64,000 nucleotides of DNA from Setoptus koraiensis (taxonomy: Eukaryota > Animalia > Arthropoda): NCBI GenBank assembly GCA_048013815.1, contig CM106586.1, positions 14,260,001-14,324,000 of the forward strand. Direction: 5' to 3'. Shown here piece after piece: positions 1 to 13,700 of this stretch. The stretch's first letter is position 1, and every line of letters starts with the position of its first letter. Made by a program: the position numbers and the translations under genes. A model generated the notes under the pieces. That model was not told where the DNA came from. It made no database searches and worked only from the letters and a program-made list of their open reading frames with translations.

Positions 1-1110
1 CGCTTTGTGGCCCCTGGTGCCTGGTGCTGCGTTGCCCGGTCGGCCGGTATCGCTGTCGCCCCGTTTTGATCCTGTTAGATTTTTGTAACTTTGACTGTGG
101 CCATTAATTTTGACGTGCATTAGTGATTTACATGTAGCAGCTCCAATAAAGCAGCCCGCACTACCTTGCAGGCGGGCATGTGTACAGGCGAGCAACATGG
201 AAATGGATTGTTGTTGTTGCTGTTGTTGTTGTTGTTGCAATGGGCCGGCCGTACATGCCAACAGCAAACAAGACGGGCCAACAAGAACACGAACATGGAC
301 GCAGCCAGCAGAGAAATAGAGAAACGTTGCACGAAACGGGCTCACAGTTGGTAGCTGGCAAATTGCTAGCGAGGGGCCTCTCTATTTCTCAACAAGCAAT
401 TCGCTCATCTATCACTTGGCTCATTAATGGTCAACTCGTTCTAAATTTGCTCTCTCCCTCTCTGTTTGTGTGTTAATCGAGGCCACTAACGAGATTGTTT
501 GTGCTCCCATCGAGCTGTACACAAATATAGCTGACAGCAAACGGCCAACAAACAGCAAGCAGCTGATTTTTTCCTACGTTCACTGTCTGCGTGATAAGTA
601 ATGGGCATAAGTCAAACTGCAACTCGCAAGCCGCTTGCGAGTAAATCATCTGGGTCGCCTCACAAGAGAATTGGTCAGAGAATTGGTGACGCTCGCCAGA
701 CAAACTGACGGACGGGCGGGCAGGCCAATTCGCAGAGCCGATTCGAAACACCTGATTGTGTCGGGCCTCAGACTGGCTGGCTCGCTCTCTCTCTCTCTGT
801 CTCCCTCTCGCTCGATCGCGCTGTTGTTGTTGCTATTTTAGTTTTGCTCTCACGGAGCTTCACGTTTGCCTAATATAAAACAGACAGACAGACAGGCAGG
901 CATCCATTGTTTGTACGTCCGCCCGTTGCTCGCCAGATCTTGGTCCGGGTGTTGGTTTTGCATTAGCGATGTCCAGCACAACTGTTCACTGGACAGGCTG
1001 CGGCAGCTTCTCGAGCCGCGCCGCTTCGTCCACACAAGCGCAGGAAGGTGGCGTTCTCTTTGTTTGCTTTGTAGTTTTTTAGATTCTCGCTGTTCGCTGT
1101 TGGCTCTGCT

Positions 1111-1185
1111 GGCTTCGTTGGCTTGGTTGGCATCGTTGGCTTCGTCGGCTTCGTCGGCTTCGTTGGCTTCGTTGGCTTCGTTAGC
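1111..1185 (+). repeat. 9-bp tandem repeat GGCTTCGTT-like, ~8 copies
   Basis: Read directly; it produces the ASLASL/TKPTKP ORF artefacts. Confidence 0.9.
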
Positions 1186-1802
1186 TGATTTGTGTGGCCT
1201 GTCGTCCCTGGCGTCGGCATCGCTGCGATGCCCATCATATCAAATAGTTATGAATCGGCCTACCTATGCCGCCGATTGCCGTCGCTGTTCGCCCGTCGCT
1301 GTTCGCCAGTCGCTATCCGCCGCTCGCTGCCAGCCTCTCGCTGGCCCAGTCGCTGCACCAGTTTGAACGAATACCAATTCTAAACTGCTAGGTAATTGGT
1401 CATTGGCTCACCTTATTCTTTTTTCGCTCTCGCTCTCTTGTGGCCGCTGCCTGGAGGAGGCTGCTATAGCATCCATTTGCATCGCAAGTCGCAAAAGATT
1501 CCTCGCTGTTGCCATTACAACTGCCCATTGCTGTTTGTGTGTGCTAATCCCAGCAACTCTCAACGATAATCCAACTGCGCCAGTCAACAACAACAACACA
1601 ACCATCAACGTCAGCATCACCATCAACAACAACAGGTATTCTCGTGACACAGGCACACACACAACTGACCAGCTGAGAGGACACAGGTAAGTGAGAGACG
1701 GACAAAGCCCGATCAGGCAGCGGTCAGTCGGCTTGCCAGCGGCCGAGTCAAGCCATGTCAGGTGTAGAAGAGAGAGAGGAAGCGTGTTGGTCAGTTGGAA
1801 AT

Positions 1803-1806
<4 letters not shown>

Positions 1807-1885
<79 letters not shown>
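1807..1885 (+). repeat. (TG)n microsatellite, ~39 units
   Basis: Pure alternating TG read directly. Confidence 0.98.
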
Positions 1886-1887
<2 letters not shown>

Positions 1888-4800
1888 GTGCTGGAAATAG
1901 TGGGACAGGACAAAGAGATGATGATCGCCAAGTTGAATCATCGTCAGCATCTTAGATGTACCGTTATTGACATTTCATTGTTTAGTTGTCGACTCGACTG
2001 CGCACACACACACACACACACACACCTTGCGGTAGAATGCTATTGGTCGATATGTGTAAGTTGTGGCCGGAGTTTTAACCTGCAGTCGTTTCCACTTGAA
2101 TTAGTTGCTGGCGTTTCTCTATGATTATTATTCGTCGTCCACTTGGCTCGCTCACCCTACTCAGGCCACCGTATCAGATAATCCTTCCACTCGATTCTTT
2201 ACAACTTGAGCACACACTTGCTTGGCCCACTAGCATCCATCGAGGCCAGTGGCCGGCAATCGCAAAGTGAGTCAGCCCATTTGGGGCCCTCTCAACCATC
2301 ACTGGCCAGCACCGTTATTGTTGGCCAGGCTGCCGGGCGTCATTGTCGGAACAGCCAGAGGAATAGTCGACGAAATAAAATGGCAGCAAAAAACCACGAC
2401 AGCGACATCCTTTGACGTGGTCGTAAGCAACCACCGACTATACGAGTTTGCCAGTTTGCCTTCCATGGAATAAAATTAATTCGAATGTTGGTCGCGAAAC
2501 GCGGAATTACTATCTCGCTGCTCCGACACAAACATATATATATATATATAGAGTCGTATATTTGTTGACCACTCCAGCATGCAGTTTACATGGTACAATA
2601 TAACGTTGGAAAGTAATAGAGCATCACTCGGTGCAAGCTATTCATGAGGCGCGGTGGAGATGCGCCTCTAAACATTGAAATATGATAATGTCTCGCCGCG
2701 CATCGTTTAGCAATGTGACGGCGGTGCTTGTAAACAACAAAATCAATCGGCCTAGGTGAGTTACACGCACAGCAGCTTATATATAACTTTATAAATATAT
2801 ATATACGGAGGGCCAGTTTGCAAATTAAAGCCTATGGGCTATAATTTGGTGCAAGAGTTTGAGTGCACTTAAACTGCCCGCTCAATCTCTAGTGGCTGTA
2901 TGGCTGTCATTGGGTTAGGTTTGCCGATTGGTGGCCTCCGGTGGTGGCCGTAGCAATAGTGGAGCATCAAGAGTAATGTTGTATACGTTACGCGTATATA
3001 ACATTACGTATCTTGACGGATATACGTTACACGAATGGGAGATTGGGAGGGGCATGGGAGAGGCGCCCACGATGACCAGTGATACTAATCAAGGAAGAGC
3101 CAGCGGCACTAGCTGTCAGGGGCCCCAAAACAGCATAACAATAATAATGATATGGTCAGTGGGCCATGTGAGCACTGCAGTGTGGGGAGTTATGTGAGCA
3201 GCAGTTGTGGTAGTGGTAGTGATAGTTGCAGAGGTGGTTGTAGTGGTTGTTGTTGGTAGTGGCAAAAGTGCAGTGCAAAGTATTGTCGAGAGTAGTACAC
3301 TTGAGCATTGCACAATTGGTTGTTGGCCTGCGTCATCATTATGCTGGCCGCACTAGTCTATCGTGGTTGTCATCGTGGTCGTCGTACATGGTCGATTGAC
3401 TAGTCTAGTTGAGAATAAAGGCACGAATGAGCGGAGGTCGACCAGTCTACGCGAGACTATGCTCCCTTGTCCGATGCCACTGACAAGCAGGCCGGCTGGC
3501 TGTTAGAATGGGAGAAGTCAAGAGAGTTTAGAGCCGACAACTATGAGATGTGTGAGGGTCGACTCGCTTGAGAGTTGGGAGTTGAGAGTCGATTCAATTT
3601 AATCCAGATACAATTTCAGCCTTCCATTCCTATTTTTCCACCCCACATGATGCTGCCGACGCCGACGATGATGATGGCGATGATGATGATGATGGCGATG
3701 ATGGCGATGATGGTGATGATCAACAACAACAGCAACAACAACGACAACATCCACTCGTCTAGCGCAACCATTCATGTTGTTGCTGCATACTATGCTCACA
3801 ACTGCAACAGAGCACTCTATACTATGCAGTCTATAGGCTGTTGCCGCTGACTGGCTAGATCGCAAATTGGCGAGTAGCACCACTTATTACATCATACAGC
3901 TACCATCATCAGCTGATGATGTAGATGTGATTGCGTCAGATGATGAGAGAGAGAGAGAGAGGCATATCGCAGTGGGCAAGCGGGCAGAGCGCCACGGAGC
4001 GCCACGTAGCGCCTGCATGGAGCGCCTAGCTGCTGCTGCCGCCGCCAATGGCAACTTGCAATTGACAAGAGATGGCTCTCGACTAATCGATGCATTCGTC
4101 GTCATCGTCGGCGTCAAATCAATTTTTCGCCACTAAAACCGGCAAACTCAATCGCCAACTCGCAGAAAAATACAATTATTGCCATGCAACTGATTTGAGT
4201 TATTTGTTATAAGGGCGAGAGAGGCAAATAAAATCCCCTTGCAGCAGCAGCAGCAGCAACAACACATAGACCAGTTGCGACCAGTTGGACAGACAATTCT
4301 CGGACCGGCTTGGCAGTGGCCATCAGCTGTTGTTGTCATTGCAATTGATTGGACAATGGTCGGTTGTGTTAGTGTTGGGCTAACAACACGAATGCCAACA
4401 TGCCAACAACCACCGACAGCAGCAGCAGCAGCTATCAGCTGATGACGCAAGTCAGCTGATTCAGGCAGCTAGCGTTTCGAGAGTGGCGCTGATTTATTGG
4501 GGCCGATTGTCTTTTATTGTCAGTGGTGTCGGCTAGAAACTTTTAAGACAACTTATAACTTATAACCTATAACTTGAGTACCGGATCAAGGCCAACTCGC
4601 TCGCCCGGCAACACCTAACAAGAGAGGCACAGTGTGCCGCATTGTTGTTGGCTGTGCCGGGCGGTTGTGCCAGCGCAACAATGAGCGCTGATTGTTGTTG
4701 TCGGTTGTTGTGAAAAAGGTCGTATCTCGAAAGAGGTGAAATTGCGACAACAGCAACAACAACAACAACAACGACAGCGACAAGCACCGATTTTGCTCAT

Positions 4801-5506
4801 GTCAAGCCATCAATTACTGCCCATTCTGGCCACTGGCCGGCCAAAGTAACAAACTATGTTAACAAGCCGACTGCTGGCGTCAGCGGCGAGTGTTGGCGTG
4901 GGCAATGGCACTCGATGTGCCATCGCCACAGAATGCCCGTGTGTCGTGCGTGGGTGTCTTGCCTCCGATAATCTCGTCCGATAATATTATCGCGTGGAAC
5001 ATGCAATTGTGTGCGCCGATGTCGCCCGACCGGCCGCCGCTCGACGATTTAATTCTCGCCATTATTTGCGTGGCTTGGCCTCGAGCTGGCTCGGCCCGGT
5101 CGGCCGCGCTGTCAGGGCCGACAGCGGACGTCTAGACAGGACGCGGGCGAGCCGACTCGAGATGACGTGGCGGTGGCGAGTTGCAAAAAAGGCCCGGCCA
5201 AACAAGCGAGCAGCAAAAGTGCGACACCATTGCACCATTGCACCGTTGCACCAGGGTGCAACCATTGTCGTCTAGGCAAAAGTATCATTTTGTCGTGTGC
5301 CAACACTCACAATTGTCCCTGTCAGCTGATTGAATGTTGCCAGCCATTGTTCGCGCGAGCACTGTCAACGGTGCACGTGTTTGCAGTGTCGCTCGCGTTG
5401 AGTTAAAGAGCCCTCGCTGCCAAATGTCGCTCCCGATGACAGTGGCGCTCGGACTTGGGACTTTTCGGACTTGTCAAACACGCGCACGCACATATATACT
5501 GCACAC

Positions 5507-5570
5507 ATATCTGCTATATATCTGCTATATATCTGCTATATATCTGGCGTATATCTGGCGTATATTGGCG
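5507..5570 (+). repeat. 11-bp tandem repeat ATATCTGCTAT shifting to ATATCTGGCGT, ~6 copies
   Basis: Read directly. Confidence 0.9.
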
Positions 5571-8500
5571 ACAGTGAGCCTGCCAAATTGGCCAAATCGT
5601 TTACATGCTGGCGTGTTTGACCCTCGCTCGTCGCTGGATTGGTGTGTGGCGAGCCATTGTTGTTGTCAGCGCTGGTGTCTCTATTTTGGGGCTCCGCTCT
5701 GGCCACTACAGTCCAGTCAGCTCTGGCGACCGGAGTCCAGTCGGCTCTGGCGACTGCAGTCCAGTCAGCTCGTGCAGCTGACTGGAGAAGCTGGTTGTTG
5801 TTGCCGGACTCACATGGGCAACATGGCAAGAATGTCACAAGACGTGATACGCAGCGCGTGCGGGCTGACAGAGGCTGAGCGAGGGGCGCCCGTGAGAAGA
5901 AGCCTTCGGTGACACACGGGCCGAGCCGAGCTGAGCCGAGATAGAGATGAAAATAAATGATGATAAGTGGAACAGAAGGACACAATCTCGCCTATGCTAA
6001 CTAAACCGGTTTAGTTCAATTTGGGTTTAGGTCTCAATTCTTGCTGGCTGCCGCTGGCCCATTCTTCTCGTTCTTATTATTGTTGTTGTGCGAATTGTCG
6101 TCGTCGTGGTCGTCGTTTCGTTTCTTGTGCCATTCTTGTGTCTGCTCTCCACTGCCTTCGACTGCTCTCGTCCGCATTCGGCTGCCTTCGTCTGCGTTCG
6201 TCTGCCCCCGTCTGCGTTCGTCTGCTTTCGTCTGGTTTCCATTCCATTCGTTTGCACAGTTAGATTCAATTCGATTCTATTCGATTTTACTCGATTCAGA
6301 TCGAATCGTTGGTTGGTTCGTTTTTTCACACGTGCTGCACGCGATTGCACGCGATTATACCTCCGATAAACGTGTTTGTTGTCCAGAAGCTGCTACCCTG
6401 GCCATTATTATTGCTATTATTCTATTTGCCATCCATTATAACTATACACTAGCACCAATGGCAGCCACTAGCACCACTGCTCAGCGTCACTCAAGCACTA
6501 AACATCCAGCGCCGACCGAGGGCCGCATTAGGCTGCTCGGGGGGGCATCAAGCATCGGGTATGAGGCGTTAGACAATCGTCGTCGGTCGCACTGAACAAC
6601 AACAATCGTATATACATTTTACGTTTCAACGATGCGCACACACAACATACAACACACGCTACACAAAATAATATATAATACAACAACGGGCCCACCACCG
6701 GCAACAACAACTGGCCACCACCACCAGCGACCAGCAACCATCGGCAACAACCAGCCACCACCAGCGACCAGCAACCATCGGCAACAACCAGCAACAACCA
6801 ACCAACAACCACCGACAACAACCAGAAACAACCGGCAACAAACAACGAGGCCGACAGCAGCTAACGAGCGATGCTTAATTCAATTCTTGGCCGCCGTTGT
6901 GGAGCTGCGATCGGTGCCCGATTGAGCGAACGCGACGCCCAGCCAGCCAGCCCCTCGCTCGCGGGCAGCCCATATAGCACCGACTGCGGCAACATGGTGC
7001 CGCTGTCGCTTGTTTGCCCGACGATGATAACTTTTTCTCTTCTTCGCTGCCACTTCTCTCTATTTGTCGCACTCTGGCACTACTTGTTAAATGGGCACAT
7101 TCTAATATGGCGACAAATAAAATAAATAAGGCGAGGGTGTGCGGCTAGTGGGCCGCCTCCACCGCCGCCGCCACTGCCGCCGCTAAGCCCGCCGCGGCCC
7201 ACGGACGGGAGCGCTCGTAATGAACACACAGCATCGCAGTTCTGCGGCGGCCGACACCGTGATTACTATTATTATCTCGAAGGCTATCGAAGCGTCTATT
7301 TTTTGCTCGCCCATTCGGTCGCCCACCGAACGTATAGGCGCACAGCGGTTCGTATAGGCGATAGGCGCAACGCGGCCGTCGGGCGATTGGGCGAAACGAC
7401 GTTGCAATGGTTCGAGTGGTTCAAATTGTTGCAATCGTTCTCGAACTGTTGGAATGGCTCGCCGAATCGCCGATCCGAACAACGACAGCACCCTCGTTCT
7501 GGCCGCCGCCGCCGCCATAATGGAAATACTCGAATTAGAAGCAAAGTCGAATTATCATCATCAGTCTAGGCGATTCGACTTGTCGGGGCTTGTCGAAGGC
7601 GCATCGCGTCGCATTAGGATGTCAGACGATGATGAGACGGCCAAATGGTCATTTGCTGTTGTTGTTGGCGTTGTTGTTGCTGTTGTTGGCGTTGTTGTTG
7701 GTCAGGCCGATCGATCAGCAGTGCATGCGAGACGCACTTGCTTCAAACAACAACAACAACAACAACAATCTGGACCGGATCATTTGTCAGAGAGCCAGCG
7801 ACTGTAGCGAACTAGTTGCAGTGCTATTGCAACTATATCAATATATATATATATTGTTGGCGTGACAGCGCGGCGCGCGACTACCCGCGCGGCGCCCGTA
7901 CCCGCGTTGGGTCGGGCGGCTTTTGGAGTGCTTTCGCCGCAAAAGTTTTGCGAGCTTGTGTGCGCGTCTGTATGGTCAGCAGATGCCTCAATAGTAACAA
8001 TGGTACAATAATGGTACAATATTATAACAGTTTAGCGCAATAAATGCGATACATTTAGATTATTGTACAATGTACATTGTATGTGAGTGGCACGAGCCCG
8101 CTGTTGGCTAACATTGGCCACGAGCGGTCACTCTGGTCACCACCAGAGTGTGCCGCTGATTTGGGGGCGGGCCGGGCTGCCGGTGGGACGGGCGCGGCCG
8201 GCCCGTGGGCGTGCGAGTCCGCGAGCGAAAGTGTTTTGAATAAGTGTGTGCAATCTTGTTTTGTTGTTCAGTGGTTTCTCAAATGTACGACTGCCTGTGC
8301 CCGTGAGTAACTGGCAACAGCGACAGCAACAGCAACAACGACGGCAACAGCAACAGCGACGGCAACAGCAACAACGAAGGCGAGTATAACATTTCGAACG
8401 CCACTACTAACACATAATGACTGCCTCTAGTTACTCTTGTTAGTTAGTCGTTGGGCAGCGTCTAGCAGCCAGGACAAGTTATACTTATCTGCGCGCTGGC

Positions 8501-9659
8501 AGCCGTCGGAGCGACTCTGGCCCGGCGAGCGCTGGCAACGCTACAGGAGCGAGAGAAGCGAGAGCAGCGAGAGAAGCGGAGAAGCGAGAGAAGCGGAGAA
8601 GCGGAGAGAAGCAGCGAGAAAAAGAAGAAAGCAATCATCGCCTTTATATCAGTGGTACGTATCGGCCGAAGAAGCCAGCCAAGGAACGTTCGCTGCGGTG
8701 ACTGGCTGGCTAGTGCGCACACAAAGAACGCTTCGCTCTCGGCCAATGTCAGCCGCGCCGCCTCCCCCATTCCGCACCACCCCGCACCACTCGGCACTGC
8801 TCCCCCCATTCGGCACTGCTCCGCACTGCCGAATGGGGGGACCACACTATTCCAGTGCAACAATTCCAGCCCATTCCGCAGTGTGTTGGCCAGCATATTC
8901 TCGCTGCAGCATTCTCAAGCTCCCAAACTCGCTTACGCAGCGCAGTGTAGGCAGTGTGCGCAGTGCGCTTTTGTCTCTTTGGCCATCTCATTTTTGCCCG
9001 ATGGCCGCATTCTCACCCGTATCCAGTTCCAGACAGTGTCGTCCCGTCCCGTCCCCCCCCGTCGCCGCTGCCCTTCAATTTGCTGCTGGCAGCCTCGTCA
9101 GTGGGCAGTCGCTCGGCGTTGCCTGGCAACCTCCACTTATACTTACTCGGTATACTCGCACTCGCCAGCGCCAGCCTCTAGCTTGGCCGATGCCGACACA
9201 GGCTGGCTAGACACAGCACAAGCGTGTGGATTATCCACAGCAGATAGCACAATGATCACTCATTATAATCACCTCGCACTGGCTCACGCTGCCAACATGA
9301 ATGAATGGATGCGGCAACACTGATACACTTTGCGAGCTGATAAATATACATACATGCGATATAACTTATATAAAACTTATATTATCTGATAAGACTCGCA
9401 TTATACGATAAAACTCGTATTATACAAGTTCAACAATGTCGGACATGCGCGCAACGCCGCCGCCGCCGTCAGACAATTGTCGTGGCACCGGCTCACTGGT
9501 CGCTACCTAGGCACAGCAAGCCGCTCGTTATTTTCACTCTCACAGCGCGCGCATAGCGCGACAATTTGAAAAATGCACCGCCGATGCTGTGAATAGTAAA
9601 TTGGGGTTCATCCGTGAAGGGGGGCAGCGACACCCTTGTCAGGCTTGCCTCGACACATT

Positions 9660-9722
9660 GCGGCCCCTGCGCCATGCGGCCCCTGCGCCATGCGGCCCCT
9701 GCGCCATGCAGCCCCTGCGCCA
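9660..9722 (+). repeat. 16-bp tandem repeat GCGGCCCCTGCGCCAT x4
   Basis: Three exact copies and one variant. Confidence 0.95.
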
Positions 9723-9768
9723 ACCTCTTGCACGTTGGCCTCACACGCTCATTCTGTGCACTATTCTA

Positions 9769-9834
9769 TAGTAGATTCTATAGTAGATTCTACAGTAGAT
9801 TCTATAGTAGATTCTACAGTAGATTCTATAGTAG
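9769..9834 (+). repeat. 12-bp tandem repeat (T/C)AGTAGATTCTA x5.5
   Basis: Read directly; T/C alternation in the later copies. Confidence 0.95.
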
Positions 9835-10720
9835 TAGTACGCTCACGTAGCACAGTGTGCACAGCATAGTGAGCCCGGGCCGATCAGCTGACGCGCCAGC
9901 TGATCGGGGCGCCCCGTCATGGCGGCCAGCTGACAACCCGTACACCCGTACACTCACACCGGCACTCGGGCCGGTCTCGTCGGGGAGGCGCGTCGACCGG
10001 TTCTGTGGAGGCGCTTGTGACGGGCCGCTCGTCTCAGGCAGCTCGATAGAGCAGCAAGCGACAGCTCGAGATTTGAGATTTGAGATTCGAGTGGAATGGA
10101 GTTGCAACTATGAATATATTTTCAGTATGTATATTGTGTGAGAACACGGCGAAGGGAGCAAGATCGCAAATTGGCAGCCACGGCAAACTGCTGGCAAAAG
10201 AAGTTGCCACATAAGTGGCTGGCCGCTGAGCGAGACGCTTTTTGAGTGCGAAACGCTAAATCAAAGAGTATGGCATCGGATAGACATATTTTGATTGCAG
10301 TTGCACTTTTGCATGTGTAAACGCACTCCATCACTCTTGTTGGTCGCTTGCTCTGGGCGAGTTGCGTAATGCAAGCTCGCACTGGCCAAGTTGCGCAATG
10401 CAAGCTGCATGTCATCACGCGCCGCCCGCGTGCTCTATGGATCGTCGACGAGCAGCCGGTATGCAGATTAGCCTGTGCGGCCTGTGCCCCATTGGCGCAG
10501 CGCATGTGCCAATGGATTCATCAGCAGCTAATTAATACTTTCTCTCTAATGTGTGTCTGCCGACCGATAATTTGGTGGCTCGAAGAAGTGCCAAGAATGG
10601 CGCCGCCACGCTTACGCGAAAACGCATTGGCCACAGCCAGCCGCTGGCCGCCAATCGATTCTCTACGCTGACCATCGGCGACTGGCCCTGCCTTCGACTG
10701 GCCCTATCCGTCTGGCACAA

Positions 10721-10782
10721 TTGGCCCAATCGACACACAACTGGCCAAATCGACACAACTGGCCAAATCGACACAATTGGCC
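10721..10782 (+). repeat. 18-bp tandem repeat GGCCAAATCGACACAACT x3
   Basis: Read directly. Confidence 0.88.
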
Positions 10783-13700
10783 ATGTCGCTGCGATCGATC
10801 AGCACACCGCCACTGGTGGCAGATACCGGCGGCAGACACTGGCGGCAGATAGAGGCAGGCTCGCAGTGTGAGTCGCACCACCGACAGAGGTCAGCGACGG
10901 GGGAGTGGCGCCGGCCACAGTCCAGTTGCGCGTATCGAATATCCGACAGCGAATATTGCCATGCATGTTGCGAAACAGACAGTATTCTAATTATTGTTTC
11001 AATGTGCTCGCCTCGCCGGATACTATGCGCTTCGGATTATACTCAATGAATGGCATGAATAGCATGAATAAAGGGGGGCGCGTTTTTAAATTAGACCAAC
11101 CAATAGCGAGACACCGGCAAGAGATTTATGATGATGATGCGCGATGCGCACGAAAGAGAGTGAGTTAGTGTGAGAGCGAGGGGGAGCCCTAATTAATTTG
11201 TTCTCTCGGCCGTCGTGTTCATTGGTCGGCGGCCGAATCGTAAATCGTTGCGCTGCGTCGTTTTATGCTGGTCATACCAGCCAAAGATCATCCAAAGATC
11301 ATTAGATGGCCGCTCTCTCCGTGCGTTCGTTTGTTATTATTGTTGCCGTTGTTGTTGCTGCTGCCGTTGTTGTTGCTGCTGCCGTTGTTGTTGTTGTTGT
11401 TGTTGTTGCCGTTGTTGGCACTGGCCAGTGTGTTTGCGTCGTCGTGGCCACTTCGGGCTATAAATCAAAGGGCCAGCCTTGCCATGCCCTGCTGCTGATG
11501 GCGATATTCGCAACAGCAACAACAACAACAGCAACAACAACAACAACAACAACTACTGCAACAACAACAGCGACATCGGCAACCCCGGCCACGGGATAAC
11601 AGGTGCCCGAGCGACGCCACTTAGCGGGCCTGGACGTGGCTGCAAACAGGGAGACAAACAAGCGAACGAGCGACTGCAATTGTAGTTTACAACGCACACT
11701 TACACACCAATTCGCGGATAGCTGTAATATATGCAAGAGTATATGCACAAGAGTAGGACAAGAGACAAATTTTGTAGCCGTTGTTATTGTTGTCGTTGTC
11801 GTTGTCGGTGTAGCGTCGCTCAAGTGATATTCAAATGATCAGTCGAACGAGGCGAAATAAAATGGATGATAAATTCAAATCATTAGCCAGCATAACAACC
11901 ACAGTTCAATGTCAGCTGTTTGGCCGGCCGACCGGCCAGCCAAACAGCGGTAGAGACAGCGGCGCCAGCAGCAATTGAAGCTAGATTAGTGGTTGTTTAA
12001 CACACAGGCACGACGACGAGAGTTCTTTTGTTTATGACACCAGCGGCCGGCGAGTCAGCGAGAGCGAGAGAACGGCCGGCGGATGCTGTAAAGAATGAAC
12101 AAAGAGATGATGAAATGATGTCGTTGTTGTTGTTGTTGTTGCTGCCGCTGTTGTTGTTGTTGTCGATGTAGATCATCTACAATGGATGTGGACCATTTAA
12201 ATTGATGCGCTGAGCCGTGATGATCGCAAGTTGAGTCGCCGGTCGCTAGCTGCCAGGCCACGATTTGATTGGCGCAGCGGCGCTTGTTGCAGTGACAATA
12301 ACGACAACAGCGACGACAACAGCAACGACAACAACAACAACATGAGCAGCAACAGCAACAATTTCGCCACTCGCAACTGCGACTTAACCCAGTCTTGTCC
12401 TTATGCAACAATATTATAATAATCGTTATGTAATAAAGAACACCTGAGTCTGATTATCTGCATTATGCACACCGCATTGTGTTGCGTAGCATACCGCCAG
12501 TTATGCAATGCGCCGCGGCGTGTGTGTATGTGTGTGTGTGTGAGTGAGTGTGTGTGTGTGTGTGTTCGAGGGAGAGAGAGGGAGAGAGCCAACCGGAATG
12601 ACGCGCGACACACCTTGCGTTGTCAAGGTCAAACATTGGCCATGGCAACCGACAACAACATGGATGATCATTAAGTAATCATCAACGTCGCAGCGTTGCA
12701 ACTTTCAACATTGGACCAAGGAGTAGTCAAAGGGTTTGTTCTGTCAGACACTTCAAGGTGAGCCAACAGCAACACACTCACCTGTCGCCGGTGCGGCCGC
12801 CGCCGACAGCAACAGCAACAACAACAACAACAACAACAACAACAACTTGACAACGCTTGTTGCTTCGTTTGTGTGCGCCAAAAGGGCAACTTTGCCAGCG
12901 GAGTTGCCCGTCGGCCAACAGAGGGGCCACTCGGTGGCGGCTTTGCCCACTAGGCAAACAACGCAAGCCAATAAAACTGTGCCGACCTAACGCAATGGAC
13001 TTGGCCAACAAACATTGCGAATCACGGCCTATATTGCTATATATTGCTGTATACTGCCGCATACTGCTGTATATTGCTGTATATTGCTGTGGTTGTTGTG
13101 ATGCAGTAGCATACAACAGCAGCAACAACAACACCACCAGCAACAAAGGATTGTTGTGTAATAGCGTTTCCACAACAACAACTCAAGGCCGTCGTGTTTG
13201 TGCTCGCGTTGGCGGCGCACTGTGCCTTGCAATTTGCGCGTGCCGCGTCGCGCGGCGCGCAAGCGTATCATGAAGCGCTGCTCACGCGCACCATTGTACA
13301 CACACAGTGCTTAGCAGCGTGCCAATCGCTTGTTGTGTCGCGCGCGCACAGGAAGCTATCAAGCGGCTCGCTGCGCAGCTTGCGCCGGGGCGAGCGTGAA
13401 AAATTCAAGTAAAAGTGGTGCAAAACAAAAAGATTAGATAAGATGGGAGTAGACGATATAACAACTCACATATTACATAATACACACATATACTATAATT
13501 ATGTCTAGTTGTGTGTGTGTCTGCTGTTATCAGCCGGCACCAGCAGCAAAAACAAAAACATAAAAGCAACACTCAAACAACAAACAACAACGTCTAACGT
13601 CTAGCCGCCACTAGGAACGCAGTCAGTGGGATTGGATTGAATCGGATCGGATTGGTCGGGATAAAAATTCCAATCGCAATGGGAGCAATCGCGATTGGCG

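Noticed and set aside
4311-4335. miR-34-like TGGCAGTG...AGCTG
   Set aside because: No star arm downstream.
8437-9323. Longest non-DCLK ORFs (257 and 223 aa)
   Set aside because: Kept open by GAGAAGCGG and C-rich repeats; overlapping frames are open on both strands; no motif.
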